From positions 13,492 to 55,383 of the forward strand of contig CAYGHR010000003.1 of the NCBI GenBank assembly GCA_964349715.1: a stretch of 41,892 nucleotides of DNA, in the 5' to 3' direction. Position numbers and translations under genes: made by a program. Each line of letters starts with the position of its first letter. Within the stretch, counting starts at the first letter, position 1. Origin of the DNA: an uncultured Peptococcaceae bacterium (GTDB taxonomy: Bacteria; Bacillota; UBA994). This document shows, one piece after another, positions 20,208 through 29,457 of this stretch. The notes under the pieces are model-generated. The model worked only from the letters and a program-made list of their open reading frames with translations, ran no database searches and had not been told where the DNA came from.

Positions 20208-20891
20208 GTGTTTCCAGAACAGCAGGAAAACAAAGACAGCAGTACAGGTCTAGACCTAATCCAAGGACTCGGACAAACACAACTGCCGTCACATGAAAGT
20301 AATATCCATGCCATGACCATTGTGGGGCAGATTGAAGGACATATGATTCTGCCGCCGCAAAACAAAACCACTAAGTACGAGCACATCATTCCGCAACTTG
20401 TGGCCATAGAACAAGACCCAAAGATTCACGGCCTACTCCTGATTCTCAACACCGTAGGCGGCGACGTGGAGGCGGGACTAGCCATCGCCGAGATGGTAGC
20501 GAGCATGTCTAAGCCCGCGGTATCTCTAGTCTTAGGCGGAGGACACTCTATCGGCGTACCCATTGCAGTAGCAGCAAAATACTCCTTTATCGCGGAAACA
20601 GCTACTATGACCATACATCCCATCCGTCTCACCGGACTCGTCATCGGCGTGCCGCAGACATTTGACTATCTCGACAAGATGCAGGAGCGCGTGGTACGCT
20701 TTGTGGTCAGCAACAGCCGCATCACCACCGAACGTTTCCGCGAGTTGATGTTTCGGACCGGTGAGCTAGCGCGGGACATCGGCACGGTGGTCGTCGGCAA
20801 GGAAGCCGTAAATGCGGGCTTAATCGACAGCGTAGGTGGGCTAGGGGAGGCCCTAGAGAAATTGCGCTCGCTCGCGCGAGGTGGTCACTAG
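20208..20891 (+). CDS. tepA: TepA, ClpP-family protein
   Basis: [46 protein letters not shown] before GTG 20208. Confidence 0.96.
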   Translation: MFPEQQENKDSSTGLDLIQGLGQTQLPSHESNIHAMTIVGQIEGHMILPPQNKTTKYEHIIPQLVAIEQDPKIHGLLLILNTVGGDVEAGLAIAEMVASMSKPAVSLVLGGGHSIGVPIAVAAKYSFIAETATMTIHPIRLTGLVIGVPQTFDYLDKMQERVVRFVVSNSRITTERFRELMFRTGELARDIGTVVVGKEAVNAGLIDSVGGLGEALEKLRSLARGGH

Positions 20892-21088
20892 TGCTATACA
20901 CCATCATCCCCGAGGAAATCGTACTCGCAGAGCTTGACAAAGTGCTTCCCCAGCAGGAGATAACATACCGCGGCAGACGCTTGCGCGTGCTGCCGCTGCC
21001 GGACGGCAGGTATCAGATAGTGCAGCTGATTAGCAGTAACCCTCGCGATTTCCTCTCGCCCGAGTTCTCGCCGGGGAAAGTATTTTAG
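20891..21088 (+). CDS. ylzJ: YlzJ-like protein
   Basis: LYTIIPEE, QLISSNPRDFL.P.FSPG; coupled to tepA. Confidence 0.9.
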   Translation: MLYTIIPEEIVLAELDKVLPQQEITYRGRRLRVLPLPDGRYQIVQLISSNPRDFLSPEFSPGKVF

Positions 21089-21141
21089 TTCCCTACCTCC
21101 CTAAGAAATTTCATGTGTCAGCTCAGAGATTAGTAAAAAGG

Positions 21142-21170
21142 TTGACAAATTTATAGATAGAGAATAGAAT
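21142..21170 (+). promoter_or_regulatory. Sigma-A promoter of the toxin-antitoxin operon
   Basis: TTGACA (21142-21147), 17 nt, TAGAAT (21165-21170), AT-rich upstream. Confidence 0.8.
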
Positions 21171-21224
21171 ATGCTAAAGAGTCGGCCGCATGTACAGTTG
21201 CGGTTGATGGAAGGGGTATTCATC

Positions 21225-21551
21225 ATGCTAGGCATCTCAATAATCGATGTGGCCAACTCTCTTGTCCCTATTTCCCGCTTTAACAAAGGGGAGGCTGGAA
21301 AAATATTTGAGGAAGTGAAAGAAACTGGTTTTAAGATCGTTCTTAAGAACAACTCGCCAACTTGTGTATTATTGACCCCCGAGGTCTATGAGGAGCTGCT
21401 CGAGACCCTAGAAAACTACCGGTTGGTTATCGAAGCGGGGAAGAGGATGGGGAAGGCCAAGCCCGATGACTTCGTTGCTGCCGATGAAGCTATGCGGGAG
21501 CTTGGGCTAAATGGCGCAGATCTGGAAAATGCAGATGTAGAGCTTGAGTAA
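21225..21551 (+). CDS. Type II antitoxin, Phd/YefM family
   Basis: VPISRFNKGEAGKIFEEV, IVLKNNSPTCVLLTPEVYE; acidic tail; stop/start overlap (TAATG) with the toxin. Confidence 0.88.
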   Translation: MLGISIIDVANSLVPISRFNKGEAGKIFEEVKETGFKIVLKNNSPTCVLLTPEVYEELLETLENYRLVIEAGKRMGKAKPDDFVAADEAMRELGLNGADLENADVELE

Positions 21552-21865
21552 TGTGGACGGTAGAGTATTTGAGGGAAGCCTTAGAGGATATTAAGAAACT
21601 GGACCATGGGCAAAGAGTGCAGGTGGTCAAGGCCATGCAAAAAGTGTCCATCAATCCTTTGCCCTATACTGAAGGTGGTTATGGCAAGCCACTTGGCACA
21701 AATCTAACAGGGTTCTGCAAGATAAAGCTACGGGGGTCGGGGCTTCGGGTAGTCTATCAGGTGGTACGAGAAGACAAGCTCATGAGAATTATAGTGGTTT
21801 CGGCGAGGGCCGATGACACCGTCTACTTAATAGCACAAAAACGTCTAGGCAAGGAGAAACATTAG
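21551..21865 (+). CDS. Type II toxin, RelE/ParE superfamily
   Basis: MWTVEY...ALEDIKKLD, GKPLG.NLTGFCKIKLR..GLRVVY, VSARADD.VY; basic, 104 aa. Confidence 0.88.
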   Translation: MWTVEYLREALEDIKKLDHGQRVQVVKAMQKVSINPLPYTEGGYGKPLGTNLTGFCKIKLRGSGLRVVYQVVREDKLMRIIVVSARADDTVYLIAQKRLGKEKH

Positions 21866-21920
21866 GCTACCGACGGGGGCGAGCTTTGGGACGGTTGTCC
21901 GAAATGCAACATTCCTTCTC

Positions 21921-21954
21921 TATACCACAGAGCGGTCTGGCCCTGTGGTATAAT
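21921..21954 (+). promoter_or_regulatory. Extended -10 promoter of uppP embedded in a 10-bp inverted repeat
   Basis: TATACCACAG-N12-CTGTGGTATA; TGTGG-TATAAT at 21944-21954. Confidence 0.65.
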
Positions 21955-21981
21955 GCTTTTAGTACGAAAGGGGCGAACACG

Positions 21982-22797
21982 TTGACTCTCGGCGACATTG
22001 TCACACTCGCTATAATCCAAGGGTTAACCGAGTTTCTCCCTGTCTCTAGCTCCGGGCACTTAGTATTGGGACAACACATTTTAAGGGTACAGGCCCCGGG
22101 CGTAGCACTTGAGGTTGCTCTGCACCTTGGGACACTGCTCTCGGTTTTTATCGTTTTTGCGCGGGACATCAAACAGCTGCTGGTAGCCTGTTTTAGCTTC
22201 TTCGGATATAGGCCAAGCGGTATGCAGGATGCTGAAGTCAAGTTGTATCAGCGTTTGGTGTTGTTGTTGGTACTCGCTAGCGTGCCAACCGGCCTAATTG
22301 GCATAGGGCTAAAAGAAGTGTTTGTTGCCCTCTTTTCCGCCCCTCGTTTTGTCGGGTTTGCCTTAATTGTCACCGGCGTTGTCCTCCTTGTAGTTAGCCG
22401 CCTGCGGGGGACGAAGACTCTGCGGGATATGAGCATACGAGACGCCTTAGCGGTTGGGCTAGCCCAAGGCTTGGCTATTACGCCCGGTATTTCGCGCTCG
22501 GGCCTCACCATTAGCACCGGGCTTTTCCTTGGGTACGACCGTGAGACCGCCACACGTTTCTCCTTTCTCTTGTCCATTCCGGCAATTGTAGGGGCATCTC
22601 TGCTGGAGGCGCGTGCTTTGCTTGGCGTGGGCCTTGAAGCGCCTCTGTCGTGGATAGCTGTCGGCGTCCTAGTGTCAGCCCTCACAGGTGTATTCGCTAT
22701 CCTAGGCCTCGTGCAAGTATTAAGACGCGGTAAGCTCAGCTACTTTGCCTACTACGTGTGGGCTGTCGGGATTTTGACTATGCTACTGGTGAGATAG
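21982..22797 (+). CDS. uppP: Undecaprenyl-diphosphate phosphatase
   Basis: QGLTEFLPVSSSGHL, LHLGT, PGISRSG, FSFLLSIPAI; AAAGGGG before TTG 21982. Confidence 0.97.
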   Translation: MTLGDIVTLAIIQGLTEFLPVSSSGHLVLGQHILRVQAPGVALEVALHLGTLLSVFIVFARDIKQLLVACFSFFGYRPSGMQDAEVKLYQRLVLLLVLASVPTGLIGIGLKEVFVALFSAPRFVGFALIVTGVVLLVVSRLRGTKTLRDMSIRDALAVGLAQGLAITPGISRSGLTISTGLFLGYDRETATRFSFLLSIPAIVGASLLEARALLGVGLEAPLSWIAVGVLVSALTGVFAILGLVQVLRRGKLSYFAYYVWAVGILTMLLVR

Positions 22798-22807
22798 GAG
22801 GTTGCCC

Positions 22808-24967
22808 ATGCCACGCCGCCACCCATCAAAGACGGCGCGCTCCGCCCGCGGTCTCCCCAAAGAAGTAAGCGGTGTCATGCTGCTAGTCGCAGCCGCTTTC
22901 GCCCTAATCAGCCTCATTTGGCCTGAACTTACCGGACAAGCAGGCCGAGTGAGCAACTATCTCTTGGGGCTTGGCTTTGGCAGCAGGGGAGCGCTGGTGT
23001 TTTCGTTTGCGGTCCTCTACTATGCGGCTTATGTCACTTTCACTCGCCGTACTCCTAGGAAGGTGCTTCTTTCCCTCGCGTTGCTCGTCTTCGCCGGCTT
23101 GTTGTTTTTGTACATGCTTATTCCGTCAATTCAACGCCCCTTACTCACACTTAGGGACAGCGGCGGCGTCGGAGCTCTGGGGCTGCTTTTGGGCAGTCTG
23201 TCGATTAGCGTGTTTGGAGTCCTCGGAGCATGGATTCTGGTTTGGAGTATCGCTGTAGTTGGCTTGCTCCTCCTTACCGGAGGGTCACTGCGCGATGCAA
23301 GTGCGTTTTGTGTCTCCGCCAGCGCAAAGTGTTATCGCTGGGTTAGTCAGCGGCTGCGCGCAGAGGCGCCGTCTAGCCCTGTTCCGGTAGCCGTTAGCGA
23401 AGTACCGCCTACGTTCATAGAACCCCTATCGGAAGAGCCGTCGCCCGCGCCGCCACTACCGGAGTCACCCGAACCTAAGCTACCGCCCAAGCGCGTGGAG
23501 CAACTTAAGCTCCCGCAGTGCGACTATACTTTACCTGACCTCTCCTTACTTAATCGGGGCTTGAAGCCAAGCAACGCACGCGGCAGCCGCGAGGAAAAGG
23601 AGAACATTCGCATTTTGGAGGAGACGCTGGCTAATTTCGGCATTAGGGCCAAAGTAGTTGAGGTGACTCGCGGCCCTACGTGCACGCGTTACGAAATCCA
23701 GATGGCACCCGGTACTAAAGTGAGCAAGGTGACTGGGCTAAGCAACGATATAGCCATGAGCCTAGCAAGTGAAGGCGTGCGGATAGAGGCGCCTATACCT
23801 GGGAAGGCCGCAATAGGCATCGAAGTGCCCAACAAAGCCCGCAGTGCGGTCCTGCTGCGCGACGTCTTAGAGAGTGCGGAATACATAAACTCCACTACAC
23901 CTCTTACTGCAGCGCTAGGCAAAGACATCGAAGGCAACACTGTTTTGGCGGACCTCGCGCAAATGCCCCACCTCTTAATTGCCGGGGCTACGGGTACAGG
24001 CAAGAGCGTGTGCATCAATACGCTAGTGTGCAGTGTGCTGTTTAAGGCGCGACCCGATGAAGTGAAACTGATGCTGATCGACCCTAAGGTCGTGGAGCTG
24101 TCGGCCTACAACGGCGTGCCACACTTAATTGCCCCCGTGCTTAATCACCCCAAGAAGGCCGCCGCCGCCCTCAAATGGGCCACGGGCGAAATGGAGAGGC
24201 GATATGCTGCCTTTGCACGGGCGGGCGTACGAGACATTGACAGATTCAATGAACGCGCCAAGGAAAAGGCTAGCGAGAGAATGCCACTCGTCCTAATCGT
24301 GATCGATGAGCTTGCCGACCTGATGATGGTAGCGCGCTCAGAAGTAGAGGAAGCTATATGTCGATTGGCGCAAATGGCTCGCGCAGCCGGAATGCATCTT
24401 GTAATTGGGACGCAGCGACCCTCGACAGATGTAATTACGGGACTTATTAAAGCGAACATCCCCTCGCGGTTGTCATTTACCGTGTCTTCGGCCGTTGACT
24501 CCCGCGTCATTCTCGACATGATGGGGGCCGAGAAGCTACTCGGCAGGGGAGACATGTTGTTCCTACCTGTCGGTCAGAGCAAGGCTAGGCGTGTGCAGGG
24601 GGCTTTTGTCTCTAACCGCGAGATCGAACGCGTTGTAGACTACGTCTCCAGTCAGGGTGAAGCGGTCTACGTAGAGGCACTCAATCGCCTTGAGGAGGTA
24701 GACCATACCGCCAGAGAGGGAGAGGGTGGACTTGACGAGAGGTTTGAAGACGCGGTGCGCATTATTGTGGAGACCGGGCAGGCATCGGTTTCCATGCTCC
24801 AGCGCCGCATGCGGCTGGGCTACACGCGGGCCGCACGGATTGTGGACCAGATGCAGGAGGCCGGCCTTGTCGGCCCTGCGGACGGCAGTAAGCCTAGGAC
24901 TATTAACAGGAACCACGCTTTAGTCAAGGGGATTCTAGACCAAAGCAAGCGCTCAGGCATTTCCTAA
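22808..24967 (+). CDS. ftsK: DNA translocase FtsK/SpoIIIE
   Basis: N-terminal TM segments; PHLLIAGATGTGKS, IDELADLM, TQRPS; gamma domain SVSMLQRRMRLGYTRAARIVD. Confidence 0.97.
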   Translation: MPRRHPSKTARSARGLPKEVSGVMLLVAAAFALISLIWPELTGQAGRVSNYLLGLGFGSRGALVFSFAVLYYAAYVTFTRRTPRKVLLSLALLVFAGLLFLYMLIPSIQRPLLTLRDSGGVGALGLLLGSLSISVFGVLGAWILVWSIAVVGLLLLTGGSLRDASAFCVSASAKCYRWVSQRLRAEAPSSPVPVAVSEVPPTFIEPLSEEPSPAPPLPESPEPKLPPKRVEQLKLPQCDYTLPDLSLLNRGLKPSNARGSREEKENIRILEETLANFGIRAKVVEVTRGPTCTRYEIQMAPGTKVSKVTGLSNDIAMSLASEGVRIEAPIPGKAAIGIEVPNKARSAVLLRDVLESAEYINSTTPLTAALGKDIEGNTVLADLAQMPHLLIAGATGTGKSVCINTLVCSVLFKARPDEVKLMLIDPKVVELSAYNGVPHLIAPVLNHPKKAAAALKWATGEMERRYAAFARAGVRDIDRFNERAKEKASERMPLVLIVIDELADLMMVARSEVEEAICRLAQMARAAGMHLVIGTQRPSTDVITGLIKANIPSRLSFTVSSAVDSRVILDMMGAEKLLGRGDMLFLPVGQSKARRVQGAFVSNREIERVVDYVSSQGEAVYVEALNRLEEVDHTAREGEGGLDERFEDAVRIIVETGQASVSMLQRRMRLGYTRAARIVDQMQEAGLVGPADGSKPRTINRNHALVKGILDQSKRSGIS

Positions 24968-24976
24968 GGAGGCGAC

Positions 24977-25738
24977 ATGGTGCGGGAAGTAGGAGCAACG
25001 CTTAGGGCAGCGAGAGAGGCGAGAGGGCTGTCCGTCGAGGACTTGTATGCGAAAACCAAGATTCGGCCTCACATCATTGCGGCCATTGAAGCCGGCGAAT
25101 TCGAGAGCGTGTCCGGTGGAGCTGTCTACCTGCGAGGGTTTGTCCGCACGCTCAGCGAAGAACTTGGCGTTGACTACGCGCATTTGTCTTGGCCCGAAGT
25201 TGATGTGCTTAGAGCATCTGCCGCTTCCCCCGGCACAACATACAGACGAGTGATAGTGGTTCCCTGGAGACGATGGGTAGGAGTGTTAATCATGCTCGCC
25301 GCGTTTGTCAGCGCGGGGCTCTACTACGCCTATTGGAGTGCTCGCCCCGTTCCTACCCCCGAGACTGAGCCGGAAGTTACTTTGCCGCCACCCGTACAAC
25401 CAGCAACGCCTACACTGCCGGAGCCGCCTTCGTCGCCGAGCCCTGTCTGGGTCTTGCGCGAGAGCGAAGGAATCCGTAACGTCTATGAAGTCAGCACGTG
25501 GCCAATGGAACTGACTGTGCGTGTGCGGACAGAGAGCTGCTGGCTCTCCGTGAACATAGATGGTGTGGGGTCGTCGGTGACGCTGAATGCGGGCGAGAGC
25601 CGGACTTTTCGCGCGAACGACAGCCTGAGCTTGCGTCTCGGACGGGCCCGAGTGGTGGACATTGCAGCTAACGGTGTTTCGCTCCCCGTGCAGACCGGCG
25701 ATGTACGGGAGTACGCGTTTGTCAAACCGGGGCGCTAG
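24977..25738 (+). CDS. rodZ: RodZ-family HTH membrane protein
   Basis: GATLRAAREARGLS...TKIR...AIEAG, YLRGF, one TM segment, C-terminal CWLSV.IDG domain. Confidence 0.9.
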   Translation: MVREVGATLRAAREARGLSVEDLYAKTKIRPHIIAAIEAGEFESVSGGAVYLRGFVRTLSEELGVDYAHLSWPEVDVLRASAASPGTTYRRVIVVPWRRWVGVLIMLAAFVSAGLYYAYWSARPVPTPETEPEVTLPPPVQPATPTLPEPPSSPSPVWVLRESEGIRNVYEVSTWPMELTVRVRTESCWLSVNIDGVGSSVTLNAGESRTFRANDSLSLRLGRARVVDIAANGVSLPVQTGDVREYAFVKPGR

Positions 25739-25745
25739 AGGTTCT

Positions 25746-27638
25746 ATGAGGGAATGTCGTTTGCCCTTGGCAGCCAGTCCGCTTCCGATGTCGAAAGAGG
25801 AAATGGGGCAGCGCGGGTGGGATGAACTAGATTTTGTCCTGATTACCGGCGACGCATATGTAGATCACCCAAGCTTTGGCGCGGCTTTGGTAGGCAGGGT
25901 GCTAGAGGGCGCCGGTTACCGAACTGGCATTGTGGCGCAACCAAACTGGCGGGAGCTGAATGCCTTTAGGGTGCTTGGCCGACCGAAGCTCGGGGTGCTG
26001 ATCACCGCCGGCAATCTAGACTCCATGGTCGCGAACTACACGGCGGCCCATAAACCGCGCCGCGTCGATGACTTTTCTCCCGGCAGTGTAGGCGGGCTAC
26101 GACCGGACCGGGCCTCAGTCGTCTATGCCAATCGCGCGCGAGAAGCGTTGCCCGGCCTGCCGATCATTCTCGGCGGCATAGAGGCTTCATTGCGGCGCAT
26201 TGCGCATTACGACTACTGGGCAGACGGCCTGCGCCGTTCCGTGCTACTTGACAGCAAAGCAGACCTTCTCTTGTACGGCATGAGCGAACTCTCGCTCTTA
26301 AGCGTCGCCGAGCGGCTCAAGCACGGCCTAACGGATTACTCTGATATTCGCGGCGCCTGCTACTTGTCGTCTGAAGTGTCAAGGGAAGCTGTCCTGTTGC
26401 CAAGTTTCGCTGCGATGCAAGAAGACAAAATCAAGTTTGCCGAGGCCTTTCGTCTTGCGCGCGGCGAAGAAAACCCGTTTGGCGGGCGCACACTCGCACA
26501 ACAACACGGGAACGCATATGTCTGCGTCAACTCGCCTCCCATGCCGCTTACCACAGAGCAAATGGACTGGGTGTATGGACTTCCGTTTACGCGTCGGCCG
26601 CATCCCCGCTATAGTGAAGCCGGCGTCAAGGCCATTGACGAAGTCGAGTTTAGCATCACGAGCCATCGCGGCTGCTACGGCGGCTGTTCTTTCTGCGCTT
26701 TGACGGCCCACCAGGGAAGGGTCATTCAGCGGCGCAGCCTAGACTCCATCGTCGCGGAAGCGCGCCTACTTACCACTTTACCGAACTTCAAGGGCTATAT
26801 CCATGACATCGGCGGGCCCACGGCCAATTTCCATGCCCCCCCTTGCGCCAAACAGATAGAGGAAGGCCCGTGTCGCGGGAAGGAGTGTCTGTCCCCTAAG
26901 CCCTGCCGCCAACTACATGCGGGACACGACGAGTACCTAGCTGTGCTCCGCGCTGTGCGCAGTCTCCCAGGCGTTAAGAAAGTCTTTGTGCGTTCGGGGG
27001 TCCGTTTTGACTATGTGTTACTTGATGCCAATGACGCTTTCTTGAGTGAGCTTTGTGAGCACCATATCAGCGGTCAACTCAAACTCGCCCCGGAACACGT
27101 CTCTGCCCGCGTGCTGCGTCTGATGGGCAAGCCCTCGCACGGCGTATATCGCGAGTTCCTCACGCGCTACCAGCGGACTAACGCTAGGTTCGGCAAGAAG
27201 CAGTTTGTGGTGCCGTACTTTATGTCAAGTCACCCCGGCAGTACCCTCGAGGATGCCATAGAAATGGCCGAGTATTTGCGGGATGAGCGCATACGCCCTG
27301 AGCAGGTGCAGGATTTTGTGCCCACGCCCGGTTCTCTCTCCACCGCTATGTACTACACAGGCATTCATCCGCTCACACAGGAGAGTGTGCATGTGCCACG
27401 GAGCCCGGCTGAGAAGAACGCCCAGCGCGCACTCCTGCAGTATTTCCAGCATAAGAACCACAGCACAGTGCGGAAAGTCTTGCGAGATGTCGGGCGGGAT
27501 GACCTTATCGGATATGGCCCCAAGTGCCTCGTCCCGCCGGGGCCTATGGGACCTGCACAGCAAAGCAGCAATAGAGGAGGACGACATGCAAATCGCGACG
27601 ATAAGTCTAGGGTGCGCCAAAAACCAAGTCGACGCTGA
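25746..27638 (+). CDS. ygiQ: YgiQ family radical SAM protein
   Basis: GDAYVDHPSFG, GGIEASLRRIAHYDYW, GCYGGCSFC (CxxxCxxC), KLAPEH, YFMSSHPG. Confidence 0.95.
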   Translation: MRECRLPLAASPLPMSKEEMGQRGWDELDFVLITGDAYVDHPSFGAALVGRVLEGAGYRTGIVAQPNWRELNAFRVLGRPKLGVLITAGNLDSMVANYTAAHKPRRVDDFSPGSVGGLRPDRASVVYANRAREALPGLPIILGGIEASLRRIAHYDYWADGLRRSVLLDSKADLLLYGMSELSLLSVAERLKHGLTDYSDIRGACYLSSEVSREAVLLPSFAAMQEDKIKFAEAFRLARGEENPFGGRTLAQQHGNAYVCVNSPPMPLTTEQMDWVYGLPFTRRPHPRYSEAGVKAIDEVEFSITSHRGCYGGCSFCALTAHQGRVIQRRSLDSIVAEARLLTTLPNFKGYIHDIGGPTANFHAPPCAKQIEEGPCRGKECLSPKPCRQLHAGHDEYLAVLRAVRSLPGVKKVFVRSGVRFDYVLLDANDAFLSELCEHHISGQLKLAPEHVSARVLRLMGKPSHGVYREFLTRYQRTNARFGKKQFVVPYFMSSHPGSTLEDAIEMAEYLRDERIRPEQVQDFVPTPGSLSTAMYYTGIHPLTQESVHVPRSPAEKNAQRALLQYFQHKNHSTVRKVLRDVGRDDLIGYGPKCLVPPGPMGPAQQSSNRGGRHANRDDKSRVRQKPSRR

Positions 27639-28914
27639 GTTGATGCAGGGCTTGCTCTGCGAGCGGGGCGATAGACTAGTCACGGAACTCACAGATGCGG
27701 ACGTAGTCATCGTCAACACCTGTTGTTTTATCACGGCGGCAAAAGAGGAGTCTGTGGAGGCGATTCTCAGGGCTGCGCAACTTAAGCAAGGCCGCTGCAA
27801 GGCGTTAGTCGTAACCGGATGCCTGTCGCAAAGATATGCCGCGGAGCTGATGCAGGAAATGCCGGAAATTGATGCGGTAGTGGGCACCGGAAGTTTTCCT
27901 GCCATTGCAGCAGTCATCGACCGAGCAGTGCGGGGTGAACGCGTTACCGCCGTGGGCGAAGTAGCCTACGCCTACGAGGAGGAAATCCCGCGTATACCGA
28001 CAGACGCGCACAGCGTTTACGTTAAGATTGCCGAGGGCTGCGACAACAATTGCTCCTACTGCGTCATTCCGCTCGTACGGGGGAAGTACCGCAGTCGAAG
28101 CACGGAGAGCATTGTACGCGAGGTAACGGCGTTAACAGAGAGCGGTGCGAAAGAGATTAACCTTATCGCCCAAGATACTACACGTTACGGCTTCGACCTC
28201 TACGGGGAGTATCGGCTGCCTGCACTCCTTAGGCAGCTATCACAGATTAGTGGCATCTTCTGGCTGCGCGTGTTGTACTGCTATCCCGACGGGTTCACGC
28301 CGGAGCTAGTCGAAGCCTTCGCCGAGCTACCGCACCTGTGTAAGTACATAGACATTCCGCTCCAACACATTAACTCGCGCATTCTCGAAGCCATGAACCG
28401 GCGCGGGACTGCGGCAGAGATCCGAGAGCTCCTAGGGGACCTGCGGGCGAGGATTCCGGACGTCACCATCCGCACTACTCTCATTGTGGGATTCCCCGGC
28501 GAAACAGCCCCCGAGTTTGCGGAGCTCTGCGACTTCGTGGCGGAGGGTTGGTTTGACCACGTGGGCGTGTTTAAGTACTCGCGCGAAGAGGGAACCCCCG
28601 CAGAGGCTATGCCTGATCAAGTCAGTGAAGAAGTTAAGAATCTCCGCTACCACGAGCTTATGACCCTGCAACAGGGTATCAGTCGAGAGAGAAATCAGCG
28701 CTTTGTTCTGCGCACCGTGGACGTGTTAGTGGAAGAGGCATGGCCTCAAGGTGAAGGGGTCAAAGGGCGGGCCTGCAAAGACGCCCCCTTAGTCGATGGG
28801 GCAGTGTACGTGCGCGGCGTCAGTGCGAGCAAAGGACAGCTGATTCGCGCGCATATCGTAGAAGCCCGAGAATACGATTTGCTGGGGGTGTTTGTAGGTG
28901 AATCTAGCGAATAA
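27586..28914 (+). CDS. rimO: Ribosomal protein S12 methylthiotransferase
   Basis: SLGCAKNQVD, NTCCFI, TGCLSQRY, GCDNNCSYC, IVGFPGET, TRAM domain; AGGAGG before ATG 27586. Confidence 0.97.
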   Translation: MQIATISLGCAKNQVDAELMQGLLCERGDRLVTELTDADVVIVNTCCFITAAKEESVEAILRAAQLKQGRCKALVVTGCLSQRYAAELMQEMPEIDAVVGTGSFPAIAAVIDRAVRGERVTAVGEVAYAYEEEIPRIPTDAHSVYVKIAEGCDNNCSYCVIPLVRGKYRSRSTESIVREVTALTESGAKEINLIAQDTTRYGFDLYGEYRLPALLRQLSQISGIFWLRVLYCYPDGFTPELVEAFAELPHLCKYIDIPLQHINSRILEAMNRRGTAAEIRELLGDLRARIPDVTIRTTLIVGFPGETAPEFAELCDFVAEGWFDHVGVFKYSREEGTPAEAMPDQVSEEVKNLRYHELMTLQQGISRERNQRFVLRTVDVLVEEAWPQGEGVKGRACKDAPLVDGAVYVRGVSASKGQLIRAHIVEAREYDLLGVFVGESSE

Positions 28915-29455
28915 GATTACGCTTTCTCGTATATTTCTCTTGCCCGTATTTCTGTTTTTTGTCTTTGAGCAGGCGCATTTCGGCGAGTTTGTTGCCGCAG
29001 GCATCTTCATATTGGCTGCTGCGACGGACGGATTGGACGGCTATGTGGCGCGCAAGCAAAAGAGTGTCACTAATCTCGGAAAGCTCCTCGACCCTCTCGC
29101 CGACAAACTGCTGGTGATGTCAGCGTTAGTTTCCTTGGTGGCTATGTCAGCCTTGCCGGCTTGGATTGCCATTGTCATTATCGGGCGTGAGTTTGCGGTG
29201 ACCGGGCTGCGGAGTATCGCGGCCGCTGAAGGCAGAGTAATTGTTGCCAGTAAGTTCGCCAAGGTGAAAACCATTACGCAGATTGTCGCCATTACGGCGG
29301 TAATGGTGAACAACTATCCGTTCTCCTTGGTGGGGTTCCCCTTTGAGGACATCGCGCTTCTGGTAGCCGTGGTGTTCACGATTGCGTCGGGACTCGACTA
29401 CTTCCGCGACGCAGGCGACATTCTGGGCGAACGCCAACCGAAGGAAGTGTCTTAG
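28898..29455 (+). CDS. pgsA: CDP-diacylglycerol--glycerol-3-phosphate 3-phosphatidyltransferase
   Basis: NLANKITLSRI, TDGLDGYVARK...GKLLDPLADK. Confidence 0.98.
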   Translation: MNLANKITLSRIFLLPVFLFFVFEQAHFGEFVAAGIFILAAATDGLDGYVARKQKSVTNLGKLLDPLADKLLVMSALVSLVAMSALPAWIAIVIIGREFAVTGLRSIAAAEGRVIVASKFAKVKTITQIVAITAVMVNNYPFSLVGFPFEDIALLVAVVFTIASGLDYFRDAGDILGERQPKEVS

Positions 29456-29457
29456 CG

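Noticed and set aside
21093..21871. CTACC on both sides of the TA cassette as a target-site duplication
   Set aside because: Only 5 bp, with no terminal inverted repeats or recombinase; compatible with chance
27283..27585. 101-aa N-terminal extension of RimO in the ORF track
   Set aside because: Lies inside ygiQ; a strong AGGAGG precedes ATG 27586, which gives the normal RimO N-terminus. The track's extensions of truB, ylxR, rpsO, tepA, uppP, ygiQ, the M16 peptidase and forE were trimmed for similar reasons
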